From: Fistulifera solaris
Lineage: Eukaryota
Direction: 5' to 3'
DNA: 64,000 bases
NCBI GenBank assembly: GCA_030295235.1
Contig: AP026126.1
Span: forward strand, 434,001 to 498,000
Shown here: in pieces, positions 1-11,386 of the stretch
Numbering within the stretch: position 1 is the first letter of the stretch
Layout of the letters: each line of letters begins with the position of its first letter
Position numbers and translations under genes: made by a program
Notes under the pieces: model-generated
Told to the model about the DNA's origin: nothing
Databases searched by the model: none
What the model saw: only the letters and a program-made list of their open reading frames with translations

Positions 1-2831
1 TTTTCTTGTCGCTGCTTTTTCCTATGCGTTGGTCGCACGCTTATATTCCCGTTTTACCGCATTTTCTGATTCCCATCTTGTCGGCACCCATGCCGTTTTT
101 GTGTGGCATCCACAAAGCGAATTTAGCGGATGCACTTTTCGATCTGAGTCGAGATTGTGTCTTGGTCGATTTGGACCGAAACATTGTAACGCTTGGTCCG
201 GACACGGCTCCGCTGCCTCCGCTTCCTCCTGTTCAGGCGGAAACTTTACGCAGGGAGCTTGATCAGAATGTTGGCATGATATTTCGCGAAGCGCGTTCTT
301 TGCGCAAGACGGATGATTACTCCGAAAATGGCCTCCACTTACCAAATCATGTAAAATTGATGGCTGAGGATATGTGGGAAGCCAAGCTTTCCCTATTTGA
401 CGAAGCTTTCAACCTCGTCTTCACGCCCGATCAGATTCGCAAGAATATTTTGAACGGCAACGATGCATCAGGACTGGATATCTCCGAAAGCGATCGCATC
501 AATCTGGGCATTGATAAGCAGCAGCTAAAACGAAAGCAGTCCGTATGGGATGCTGTACAGGAGGCATTCCTCGACACGCATGTCTACTTGCTACGAAATT
601 ACAGAAAGTACCTTGTTTTTCCGTCCAAGCACAACGAAGGATCGTACGGTGGAGCCGGCTTTCGTTCCAAGGAGTTCATCGAAAATCAGCGTTATGATAT
701 GCGAGAGTTTTTGAACCAGTTCATCGGCACTCAGATGTTTGATAACTTTATAACCAAGAGACTCTATGGAAGTGGCGAGGCGGATGTTGCTTTCTTTGAT
801 ATGGCCGTCGATCGATTCTTGAAGAATGCAGGTATTTTCTCGGATGTTGACATCCGCAGCCGCATATCAAGTAGCCTTAGGAGAAATATTGGTAAAGATG
901 AACCCCTCATTCAGAGCTCTCGTGTCCATCGCAAGCTGAAAACAATTGTGCCACCTGAGCCTTCCTCGGAAGGCCTACATCACCGGGTCAAGCAACAGAT
1001 GACGGTTCTGAACCAAATGACGATGGAAGTGTTCAATCATCCGGTAGTAATCGAAAGGAGAAAACAATGTCGGCACTGACGCGAATTCAGGAAAAGGCTG
1101 CCGAGATTTATGAACGTAAGAAGCTGCCGAAATATACTTACGATACCTTTCCGTCCGAGTTAAAGGAAGATCTTTTCGGAGAACCTCGTCCATTGCCAGC
1201 AGCAGTAATTGCAGAATTCGACCGTCAGCGGAAGGATGCCGCCCGGTTCAAGCGAAAAGGTGCTAAAACTCCGAAAGACGCAAAACAGCACATTCATCGA
1301 GCTCATGCAACCGTAGATCCGATAGTCCCTCCTTCGCCAGAAGAAGCGACTTTTACGGTTTTTTTTCATGGCGTTCACTGCCCTTGCGGGCAAAGAGTTG
1401 GTGGAAATAGCCAGCAAGAAGGAATCCAACGACCGCACCATTTTGTCAACTTATGTATCCACTACTTCAGCAACGGATGACGAGACAGTAGCAACCGATA
1501 GCGACGCAGGAGATAGTGAGATTGATAAGGTCGATGAGAAGGAGAAAGAAGCTGTCGCTGAAATGAAAACATCCCGGCCAAATATGGGCGGTATGTTCGG
1601 AGACGATGAGGACGAGAATACTCCTCAAAATGCTGTTGTTTCTGACGATGATGAGAGTGCAGATGAAAAAGGCAAGGACGAATCCAAAGAATCCGATAAC
1701 GAAGATGATACTTTCCAGACTGCACCAGACCAAGAAAACGGCACGGAAAGTCCAACCAGCACTGTAGTCACAACTGAAACGCAGCCAAAACAACGATTCC
1801 GTGACAAGCTGTCTGATCTTGAAATCGAAGAAGCAAAAGCGGCCGGTCGTGGCTTGTTAAGAATTGCTTTTGAAATGCTGACAATGATGAAACGACGAGG
1901 ACTGAAGGCTGACCCCGAAGCATATCAGTGCTTGATTGATGCTTGCGGCCGAGTTGGAGACACAAAGAGAGCAACAGAGTTGCTCGGGAAAATGCATGAA
2001 GATGGTATTGTTGCCGACGGAACTGTTTATGCCTGTCTTGTTTCAGCATTCTCTGCCGACAGCGCTTGGAAAGACAGTGCAAAGGAAGAAGAACTCCCAG
2101 AATGGGCAAATAGTACTGCAGTGGAGATGGACTGGAACAAGCTCCAAAAGCGATCGATTCTTGACACGATCATTAGCCAGGTTGTTGATTTGGAGGACGA
2201 AGTTGAGGATGAAGAAGGGGAAGGTCAGTCCACTTATCAAAAGCTCAAAAAGCGCATTCAAGCCCGCGTGCGAAAGCAACAAGAGGCTGCGAAGGCGAAG
2301 GAGGATGGCAGGTTGGAGTTCTTTGTCACGGAACCTGTGGAACGGCAAATTACGCTTGGAGAGAATTTGTTGGAAATTGTGTTCCCTGATATTTCCGTAG
2401 ATACGGAGAATGAGGTGTGCGGTCGATGCAACTTTGAGCTCACAGACGACGATGTCGTGGAAGGGTGGAAAGCTGGAGACAGTAATGACTATACAACGAT
2501 GTGTCCCAACTGCAAGCAGCGTTTTGTCCCTCATTTTAACGTGCAGTGCTCGTCTCCTTCGTTTGTGGGGTCTCGGGGGCCAGCGTCACCGCTTGTCTGC
2601 GAGCGACTGAGCCCGTGGGTCTTACAAAAGGAGATTCGGAGTGTTATGGGCGACGAAGACGGGATTTCAAATATTCAGAGCCCCGCTTGGAGAGAAAAGG
2701 AGTACAAAAACGCCAGTTTGTGGTGGAATCTCATTCTTTCTTTCATGCGCTATCGACTGCCTTTCACCTTCTTATTGCAAGGCAGTTTCGAGCAGAGCTT
2801 AATCGCGCCTTTGCCAGATGATGATCAATAA
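1..2831 (+). CDS. DENND4/CRAG-like Rab GEF (DENN + PPR + C-terminal Cys cluster), 5'-truncated by window edge; two apparent frameshifts
   Basis: cDENN motif 'W.HAYIPVLP...LSAPMPFLCGI...VLVDLD'; dDENN 'FLNQFIGTQMF..FI'; PPR 'AYQCLIDACGRVGDTKRA..LL.KM...GI'; C-terminal 'CGRC...YTTMCPNC...LSPWVLQKE' as in DENND4. Stitched from ORFs 6-1079, 1067-1480 and 1368-2831, with shifts near 977 and at the T-run near 1360-1367. Confidence 0.8.
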
Positions 2832-2964
2832 AATCGTCAGTAGTACATCAAATAATAGATGAGCTACGTACATTTCAACTTTCTTGCAAGCTTATTAGGA
2901 TTAGGACTAAGTTCCGGGACTGGAATCCGATTTTAAGGTTAGCAGTTAGCAGGATACCAGTTAC

Positions 2965-3003
2965 CCCGGTACCGTAAAAGTACAAGTACCGGTACAGTAC
3001 CGG
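2965..3003. repeat. Cluster of GTACC/GTACCGGTAC short palindromic repeats in the intergenic region
   Basis: 'ccccggtaccgtaaaagtacaagtaccggtacagtaccgg'; the same word recurs at about 23695-23706 and 55736-55745. Confidence 0.5.
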
Positions 3004-3188
3004 AACAATGAACTCCGAAGACTGCTACAAGTCTGGACGTCGACACTCGGTTCTGTTTGCGGGCGCAAACGCAATAACGCGCGATGAAAAAAAAATGCAG
3101 GAAAAGTTGTTCCATTTACATGATTCTTTGCTAGACTCCATAATCTTCATTTGTCTCGTTTTTGTTAGCAACACTACGACACTCGATA

Positions 3189-4208
3189 ATGATAATGGCA
3201 TTTTGTCGAATAGGGAGCTTTATTACGGGTCAAATAGGACTGCCTTCTCGGTGTTCTTGGCTCGCGTCACGACACCTCGTCCATGAGATGAAAGTAGCAA
3301 ATAGACCACTTTCTTCTCGGACTGCCACTGGTTCCGGTCTACGTCGGCGACGTGTGTATCAAAGTCAGATCAAAGAGCCGATCTACGGATCTTTCCGCAA
3401 GGATGACTCGTTTGGAAATCTGTCGGAGCCGTACCAATTCAAGGAAGACGATCTCGAGACGTATTTGCAAAAGGCATCCTTGAGTCCATGGGTGCCGCTT
3501 CCTGATGCCGTTGCTCGCAAAGTGTTTGATTTGGCCAAAGTTACAGCTCAAGATAAGCATGTCGATCTAGGTTCTGGCGACGGACGCGTTTGCTTCCATG
3601 CGTTGCAATTTGGAGTGGCCTCATCGATAGGGATTGATATCGACGAAGGCATTGTTGATGTTGCTAAGGAGCGACTTGCCAAACGCCATCCTGCTCCAGA
3701 TAATTTGGCGTTCTTGGTGGCGGATTTACTGGATGATACGGAACCTGCTTGGAAACATGTACAAGAAGCTACTATTATTACCATGTATTTTGCCACGGAA
3801 GCTCTTGAACGCTTCCGACCATTGTTGGAACGAAAGCTGGTAGGACGTCGATGCAAAATCATTACTAGTGGATACGAAATGCCGGGATGGAATTCAGTCA
3901 TGCAGGAAGTGGTTTTGGGCACTCAAATTCATTTGTACGATTGGGGAAATACGGAGGGTACTGGCTTTGACGACGATTTTTTATTTCGTGGTCCCGATAT
4001 TCTCACCGATAAGCCAAAAGAACTAGCTGATGTTCATCAAAAGGAAAAGATAAACGGTCAAACTGTCATTGATCGCACCGGTCAACATGCGATACGCGGC
4101 TTTAATCCGGGCTTATTTGAAGCCAACGACGAAGAAGATGACGATGAAGATTCGTTGTGGAGCGAGAGTCTCGATAATGAAAGTGATAAAGAAGGTAAGG
4201 ACGTATGA
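3189..4208 (+). CDS. Class I SAM-dependent methyltransferase, FAM173/ATPSCKMT-like; probable organellar presequence
   Basis: 'SPWVP' then motif I 'VDLGSGDGRV', 'GIDID', 'ATIITMYF'; Arg/Ser-rich N-terminus; acidic tail. Confidence 0.75.
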   Translation: MIMAFCRIGSFITGQIGLPSRCSWLASRHLVHEMKVANRPLSSRTATGSGLRRRRVYQSQIKEPIYGSFRKDDSFGNLSEPYQFKEDDLETYLQKASLSPWVPLPDAVARKVFDLAKVTAQDKHVDLGSGDGRVCFHALQFGVASSIGIDIDEGIVDVAKERLAKRHPAPDNLAFLVADLLDDTEPAWKHVQEATIITMYFATEALERFRPLLERKLVGRRCKIITSGYEMPGWNSVMQEVVLGTQIHLYDWGNTEGTGFDDDFLFRGPDILTDKPKELADVHQKEKINGQTVIDRTGQHAIRGFNPGLFEANDEEDDDEDSLWSESLDNESDKEGKDV

Positions 4209-4294
4209 GTAAGGACTCGATACGTATTAAGAAGCTGAATTGCACCATCACGATTGTTTGCCTCGAAAAGCTCCCAGGTCCTTCCCACGCGATG

Positions 4295-4581
4295 TACTAT
4301 AGCCCATACTGTAGGCTGTACGTCACCATGACTGCATTTCTGTCACGATCGAAACACGGGAAACTAATATAAAGGCAAAAAATTAATACCAACAATGAAC
4401 TTAGGAAATGTTCGTGAACATCTTATGGCGACCAATGTGTCGTTGCTATTTAAAAACTGATTCAAATGCAATATTCTTGATTTTTTTGCGTCGAAGAGCG
4501 TCCGATATCTTTCATGGAGGTTGTACTATAATCCCAAAGTGTGATTCGTTCTTCGCCGTGACTGCGGGTGTTGGTCGTGAG
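4295..4581 (-). repeat. Direct pair of the ~55-bp intergenic hairpin/CTATAGTA element (4295-4348 and 4524-4581)
   Basis: TACTATAGCCCATACTGTAGG..CCATGACTGCATTTCTGTCACGA and TACTATAATCCCAAAGTGTGA..CCGTGACTGC..GTCGTGAG; cores 230 bp apart (4326, 4556). Confidence 0.7.
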
Positions 4582-4610
4582 TCAAGATCGCAACTTTTTT
4601 TAGTGATCGA

Positions 4611-4813
4611 AGCGAAGATAAATGTTCCTCTGAGCGATTATCCAATGAACAACCGCAATAACAAGATCAACTTCGAATACAAAGCCAATCGGTAACTCAA
4701 CACTTCTTAATTAATGATTACTCTACTTCTGTTCGAACAAGATTGCTCTTCGTCAACACTGACGTAAGTCCGTCACACGTGTCATTTCGACTCATGACTG
4801 AATAAGTCTCGTT
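4611..4813 (-). repeat. 3' LTR (203 bp)
   Basis: Base-for-base identical by eye to 11035-11237. Confidence 0.97.
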
Positions 4814-4822
4814 CTCTCTCTC
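4814..4822 (-). other. Polypurine tract GAGAGAGAG
   Basis: Purine run on the element strand directly abutting the 3' LTR. Confidence 0.8.
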
Positions 4823-4887
4823 AATCGTAGCTTCGAACTTCTTCCTAAAAATCCTAAGTCTCTCTAAACATATAAACTTGACAAGTC

Positions 4888-7800
4888 TCACCAACCCATC
4901 AATAACCTGCGCTTTGTTTCAAACTCTCCCTTCGATAAGCCCTTCGTAAATATATCCGCTTTCTGCTCAGCCGTATCGATTCGTCCTTCGATTTCTCCAT
5001 CTTTGATATGCGAAATGAACCACCAATACTTGCAGCCAATATGCTTTGTCCGAGGGGTCATCTTTGGATAAGAATTGTTCATCATAGTAAGCGCTCCATT
5101 GTTGTCTTCCCACACAATAGAAACAGTAGACTCAGCACTTCGCTCAATCTTGAGATGCTCTGTCAACTCTTCCATTACCTCGCGTACAGGTAACAACTGT
5201 CTCATCGCCATAGATGCAGCAATAAATTCCGCTTCCGTAGTAGACAATGAGATCTCACTCTGCAATTTTGATCCCCAAAGTACCGGAACACCTCCAAGCG
5301 TAATAACATATCCAGTCCGACTTTTCACGTCAGGATCGTTCGGCGTCTTCAGAATTCCATAATCCCGCGAAATCAGCATCCACATATAGATCCAATCTCA
5401 AATCCTTATCAGGACGAATAATCATCCCACGATCTTTGGTAGCTTTCAAATATCGACCAATTCGTTTCAATGCTATCTCATGCACTCGCCCGGGCAATGC
5501 GTAAACCTCGCACATTGATGCACCGCAAATGCAATATCCGGTCGAGAGTTTGACGCCAAATACATCATCATTCCGACAACAGAGGCATACGACCACTTCT
5601 CAACACAATCTTCTCCATCAGGATCCTTTCCTAACGTTTTCGATTCAGCAGGCGTCGAACTCGTCCGACAGTCCTGTAAACCCATGGTAACCAAAATCCG
5701 ATCGATCAATCCTTCTTGTAATAGCTCAATCGACCCATCATCCTTTCTTTGAATCAAAATCCCAAGGAATCCAGCAACATCATCCTCAATATTCAACTGA
5801 AACCTTTGGAACTTCTCATTGTTACGTAAGTCATCAATCACTGCATCGATGTCGCGTTCATCGCGAGCGAAGAACAAACAATCATCAACGTAGGTCAAAC
5901 AAATCACTTTCTTCGACATAAACAAACAAGGCTCATTCTTCGACTGAACAAATCCTCGATCTTCCAATCCCTTCTTCAGACAATTAAAGAAGTTCAGGGG
6001 ACTCTGTCTTAAACCGTAAACACTTTTCTTCAATCTCAAAATGTATCCCGGACGCTCGAACCCTTTCGGCATCTCACAGAACACTTCCTCGTTCAGGTCA
6101 GCTTGCACAAACGCCAACGTGTAGTCGACTTGCTTCAGTAGCTAAGCCCAAGACGATTGACAGAATCAACAACAAGCGAACAGTACTCCACGAAACCACC
6201 GGGGCATAGGTCTCAAAGAAATCAACGCCCTCAATTTGACGATCTCCTTCGAATGCACCATCTCGCCTTAAATTTCTTGATCCGACCATCGGGTATCTCT
6301 TACATTTGAACGCCCCAAGTACTCGGCAAGATATTCGCTCCTTTCTCAACTGCGTCAGATCTCGGAACTACGTCCCAAGGATCCAAACTCTCTAACGATT
6401 CAATCTCTTCGACCATCGCTTGACGATAGCCTTCGCTATTGGGTCCATTCATCGCTTGATAATAGTTTGGAGTGTCTTCGTTGTTCGCTTTTGCAGCAAA
6501 CGCCAAAGGATGCAAATCATCGAGCAACCCGTTCTCATCAACGTTCGATCGCATCAACAATGCATGCGCACCCCAATTACCTTGCGACAAGATATCATCT
6601 TCAAAATCCAGACTCGCCAGAAAAACATCGTTCTCCCGACGGAAGACCAAACTCCCTTTTAACTTTCTCAATCAATTCAGACTCGGTCTCTTTTCCGAAC
6701 TCAGTAATATCGTCATTTGCAACATGGACTTCATCATCTGGCCCATAGAATCTTCCTTTGCTAACAGGCCTATTCACGAAATCAGAACCAAAGTATTTTC
6801 GATTCCAACGTCAGCGGTCTCTCACTTCCGACGGGGAGCAGACTCTTCCACATCCTCATCGCTATCACTCTCATCTCTCTCTGGAGCTAAAATAGGAACA
6901 TCATCTTGATCTTGATCCACATGAATCTGATTCGGCTCAACTCTAGGCTCTCGATGGCGAGGCCCTGGAGTCAAATTCCTTTCCTGAACTCGTCGTTTCA
7001 ACAACAGCTCTCTCTGTTTCTTTTCGCTATCAGTAAGCCAGTCCTCATGCAACAAAGGTAGCTCTTCACCATCCTCTGTCTCAACTTTATCCCGGCTAAA
7101 AGTCAATAGCTCTTCCCAATTCTTTGGCTCTGGCTCTTCTACATCAGGCTTTGGAATCAACGGAATCGTCAAACAAATCATCGTACACCACATGAAATTG
7201 CAGCGACACCGCTCCCGTTCTCAAATTCCGAATTAGCCCAATTGTACTCGCATGTCGCGTCGACATCCCTAAGAATTGACCTCTCGCGACTCTTTGGCTT
7301 CCACTTAGGCAATTTCTTTCCGTCTTGAATCCTAGTATCCAGAACATAGCACGGACACCCGAAGACTCTCATTCGGCTGAAGTACACTCGTATCCATCGT
7401 AACTCCAGAAAGTAGCTCAACTGGTGCCAGTCCTGAGTCCTGCTTTGGTAATCTGTTCCACAAATACACGGCATAGTCCACCGCCAGCGGCCATAAGTCC
7501 ACCGACGTTTCATTCGGCCAGTGAATCATAGCATGCAATAACATCGTCCTTGCACTTTCGGTCACGGTTCGGATCGCATTCTCTGCAATTCCGTTCTGGT
7601 GATGTGCACCGACACCTGAGAAATGAATTCGCTGTCCTTGCAACTCCAAATCTCTCAGAAACTCTCAGCGACTTGTACACTCCTAGGTCAGCCCGATACT
7701 CCTTGACTTCAACTCCATACGAACGAAGCTCTCTCGAACGCATGTTTTGACCGAATAGTTTCAGTCGACAAAGTAGACACTTGATTCTGCACAAACAAAT

Positions 7801-8650
7801 ATGTTGTAGCCGTATCCACAAAGATAGTACCACACTTGTACTTGTCATGCTCTTGCTCTTTTCCATAAGTATGTGACCTCCTACCAGATACACTTGACAC
7901 AAACTGATCCGTCGATACCATCTGACCTGGCGTCAAGATACCTTCTTTCAACGAACCATCTCTCTCTGGGACTTTCGACTTGTTTTCTGTCCCAATAGCC
8001 TTTCGTTTTGCTTTGCCAAACTGACATGATGCACAGATCGGCGGCTCACAAGAGGACGTAGACTTGTATTTTGTGCGCAAAATGGGCTCCTGCACTCTAT
8101 CCCCCTTCGAACTCGCGTGAGTCGCTGAATCCAAGGAAAATTAAAGTGGCCCAATCTATCATGTAACTGCTTCAGTTCACGCTGCGCCGGCGAAAGATTA
8201 AGATTCTCTTCCACAGCGACTTGAGGCGGCGTAAAACTGGGGAACACTGAAAGATCCTCAATAGAATCCGTCACTAAACGAGCAATCAGAAGTCGGTCAT
8301 GGGTGGCATGGAACGTCAACAACTTCTTGGTAAAAGGAAATCGAAAGACAGAACCAGTTTCCGTAACACGAAATTCACCACGACCCCCTCTGGCTTCAAT
8401 CTGCAAATGCACCTGTGGACTAAAGAGAGCGAACTTGAGCGTCAGGCACATAGAGCTCGTTTTCAATGCATGCTCTTGTCCAGTATCATCTCGAATCTTC
8501 CAGCAAACAGTACCAGAACCACAGACTGCGTGCCGTTTGAGCGATCCCAGTCAAAGACGAATCACTCGGCGAAAAATCAATAAAATCTTCTCGATGTGGC
8601 GTAACACCAGTAGACGCCGCCAGTATCGAAGACAATAGGGCGTATCATTC
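4888..8650 (-). CDS. pol: Copia pol (PR-IN-RT-RNaseH), broken by many apparent 1-nt indels
   Basis: PR 'PIVFDTG' at about 8615-8640; IN 'HDRLGH..CASC', 'STDQ', 'NGIAE'; RT 'KKSVYGLRQSP..YVDD'; RNaseH 'YVDADFAG..STTEAE..EDN..ADIFTK'. Confidence 0.92.
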
Positions 8651-9055
8651 GTCAGCTCCAAAGTAAATGCTCTGAAGCTGAAAGCATCCATCAACAGGAT
8701 CTTGATTGTTGTAGGCCAGCGGCTGTAAAGTCGCCAAGCATCCAACCAAACTGTCTTCCAACGAAGGAAACCGCAACCAAGAAAAGCGACCGAAACCACA
8801 GAGGAGATCCAGCAATTCTGGGTTGGCGGCATGCTTCCCTCGAACATCTCAGGAATCGTAGGAACTGGACGAATGGGTATATCTGCCCATCCTTTGATCC
8901 ACTCAGAAATCTCGTCTCCTATTGCAACAGGACGTTTCGTGACGCGTTTTGACTTCCGAAGTCTTGCTCCTGCGAAACCACAACAAGCGACGGCGTCGCT
9001 TTTTCTTTCCTTAACTCTCTCTCTGTCGCTAGCACAATTGGTCGGGCGACTAACA

Positions 9056-10948
9056 TCAAACCAAATTGGGGCAACAGTTCCAAATCCAATGATACCGTCC
9101 GCAACGAAGTACAAGCGAAGCGGCATTTCCATCAAAACAAGCTGACGAACAAGAACCATCAGCCACTGCTTCGAAGGTAAGAACTCCAATCAATAAAATC
9201 CAAAGTAGCAGCCCAAAAACTCCGAGCTTGCTCCAACAACTCAAGTTCATAAACTCCTGCACAATCCTGGAAAGTTTGGGCCATTTGCTCCATCGGTCCA
9301 GATAGCCAATGAAGCGGCCCATTAAAAACGCTGGCGTCAAGCGGCCGAAGTTTCCAGACTCTTTCTTATCATCAGACTTGTCTTTCTTTCCGTCAGACGA
9401 CTTGTTATCCGAATCATTCGCCATCATTGCCAACATAGCACGATGCTGCTCAGTGTTGTGATCCACCCACCGATTGCACCGGCCACACCAATGGTAAGTC
9501 TTGCCATTGATGGTCTTCGTGTGGCTTTCACCCTTCTTAGGCGGAATGCTGAAGGGATCCTTGTCTTTGGCATCATTAGATCCATTAGAATCACCTCCAC
9601 GACCTTGTCCACCATTACGACCACCACGGTTGCCACGACCGCCACGGCCACCGCGTCCTCCGCGTCCATTACCACGTCCAGATCCAGAACCGCGATTGCC
9701 AGACTCATTCTTGTCATTACCATCCGTTTTCTTCTTAGGACAGTCGGCGATCTTGTGACCTTTTTCTCCACATTCGTAGCAAGTACCACTAAAGAATCCA
9801 GAGTCGCCTTGTTTTCCATCTCCAGCAACCCAAAGACTCGCTCCCAATAGTCCTGCATACAACTCATTGGCTTTATCGGTCAACGCTTCAATCGAACAAT
9901 CGCGTCCCAACAGCTGGCTTGAGCCGTCAAATCGCTATTGAACTCCGGGGCGTTGAGCTCGCGATCAATCCACGTTTCACAATCTTTGCCATATCCGGAA
10001 CAACAGAATTAGCAGCCAGATTCATTGAATTTGCAAGCATATTGTAGACTCCCACTGCAACTGTGTTGTAGTCGCTACATTCTCTCCTGGAAAGTCCTTC
10101 ACCGTAAGCTTTTCAAACTGACTGATAAGTCCACGAATAGTAGACGAATCGCTGCACAATAACGTAATCCATCATCATCTTAAAATAGACCGGCCCGCTC
10201 TTGTAGGCAGCCTCTTTTCCAAAAGGTACACTCTGAGCCTGAGTCTCAATCCGAGTTCGCAAGTCGGGCGAGCAACAGTTCAAAATTAATTCTCCAGACC
10301 ATTGCAAATTTTCAACTTGCCAATCCGGCACCTCGTGCCGTAGAAATCACAAGCTTTCTTGATAGTCTCCATGTCCAACTTGTAATATCCGGTAAACAGA
10401 TCCACTAGCTCACTTCCTTCTGCCGGAATAGGCACCGAAAAATCAGGGTGGGCAACAAAATCCGACGGAATTTGGAAAACATCAGCCATGTCGTATCTCT
10501 CCGCAACCAAACGAACTTCAGCAATGCGTAGATCAACACGGTAAGCTTTGGACAGAGTTGCAACTGCTTCTCCATCGCTCAAGTTAATTGAATCCATGAT
10601 CTCAAACTTCGTTTCAATGCCAGCCGTGGCACTTTCATGAAGCTGAGTCCGCTCTTTTGGCTTCAAGCCATCGCGATCTTAAGCGCCTTCAACAGCGCTT
10701 TTCTTCCCCTTTACATCCTGGGTAGTACGATCAGTCGCTCGTGGAGCAACTCCAAGCATCCGGGTCAAATATTCCAAGCTTGCCATCCTGTTCTCAACCT
10801 CGCCGTCGTCGGCAGTCGGATTGTTGTCGTTCTTTTCTTCTTCCGTTCTTGCTTCTTGCCAGAAAATGTTCAAATGAAGCCCTCCAAGCACTTCTTCCTC
10901 TTCCTGTAGTGATGCAAGGCTCTCTTCCTCTTCTCTCCAATCAGTCAT
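9056..10948 (-). CDS. gag: Copia gag with CCHC knuckle, RGG tract and second Cys/His motif; frameshifted
   Basis: 'CYECGEKGHKIADC', 'GRGGRGGRGG', 'YHWCGRCNRWVDH'; upstream fragments 10679-10948, 10286-10666, 10113-10331. Confidence 0.85.
9277..9329 (-). promoter_or_regulatory. Putative -1 ribosomal frameshift signal (G_UUU_UUA plus bulged stem-loop)
   Basis: In-frame GCG TTT TTA, then A-TGGGCC-GCTTCATTGG-(CTATCTGGA)-CCGATGGAGC-AAAT-GGCCCA. Confidence 0.6.
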
Positions 10949-11020
10949 CCACCGGTGCGAACGACTTCAACAACTCTCAGATTCACGCTTTTCAATCGAA
11001 TCAATTCCAACCGGCGTGAC

Positions 11021-11034
11021 CTGGGCTCATAACC
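11021..11034 (-). other. Primer-binding site GGTTATGAGCCCAG, complementary to the anticodon arm of tRNA-iMet (half-tRNA priming)
   Basis: Plus strand CTGGGCTCATAACC reads as an initiator tRNA anticodon stem-loop with CAT; it abuts the 5' LTR; same type as Drosophila copia and yeast Ty5. Confidence 0.9.
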
Positions 11035-11237
11035 AGCGAAGATAAATGTTCCTCTGAGCGATTATCCAATGAACAACCGCAATAACAAGATCAACTTCGA
11101 ATACAAAGCCAATCGGTAACTCAACACTTCTTAATTAATGATTACTCTACTTCTGTTCGAACAAGATTGCTCTTCGTCAACACTGACGTAAGTCCGTCAC
11201 ACGTGTCATTTCGACTCATGACTGAATAAGTCTCGTT
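11035..11237 (-). repeat. 5' LTR (203 bp)
   Basis: Identical to 4611-4813; followed on the element strand by the PBS. Confidence 0.97.
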
Positions 11238-11386
11238 ATCGAGGAAGTTTTGATGACCATGAAACGTGACAGGAAACAGTTCACTTGCAATGTTCTTATC
11301 ATTCTTATCGAACGATGGTCCAATGCCCACAATCTAGTTCTTTGACACTTCCTACTCAATTTTTGACTAATAAAAGAGCCCCAGCT

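Larger units (their letters stand above)
4611..11237 (-). mobile_element. Full-length Ty1/copia LTR retrotransposon (CoDi-like), 6,627 bp, 5-bp TSD ATCGA
   Basis: Two identical 203-bp LTRs; ATCGA at 4606-4610 and 11238-11242; domain order gag-PR-IN-RT-RNaseH on the minus strand; PBS and PPT present. Confidence 0.97.

Noticed and set aside
1900..2060. DENN-PPR fusion as a novel architecture
   Set aside because: This is the known DENND4/CRAG organisation.
11021..11034. tRNA-Met gene fragment
   Set aside because: Only 14 nt of anticodon arm; fully explained as the retrotransposon PBS.
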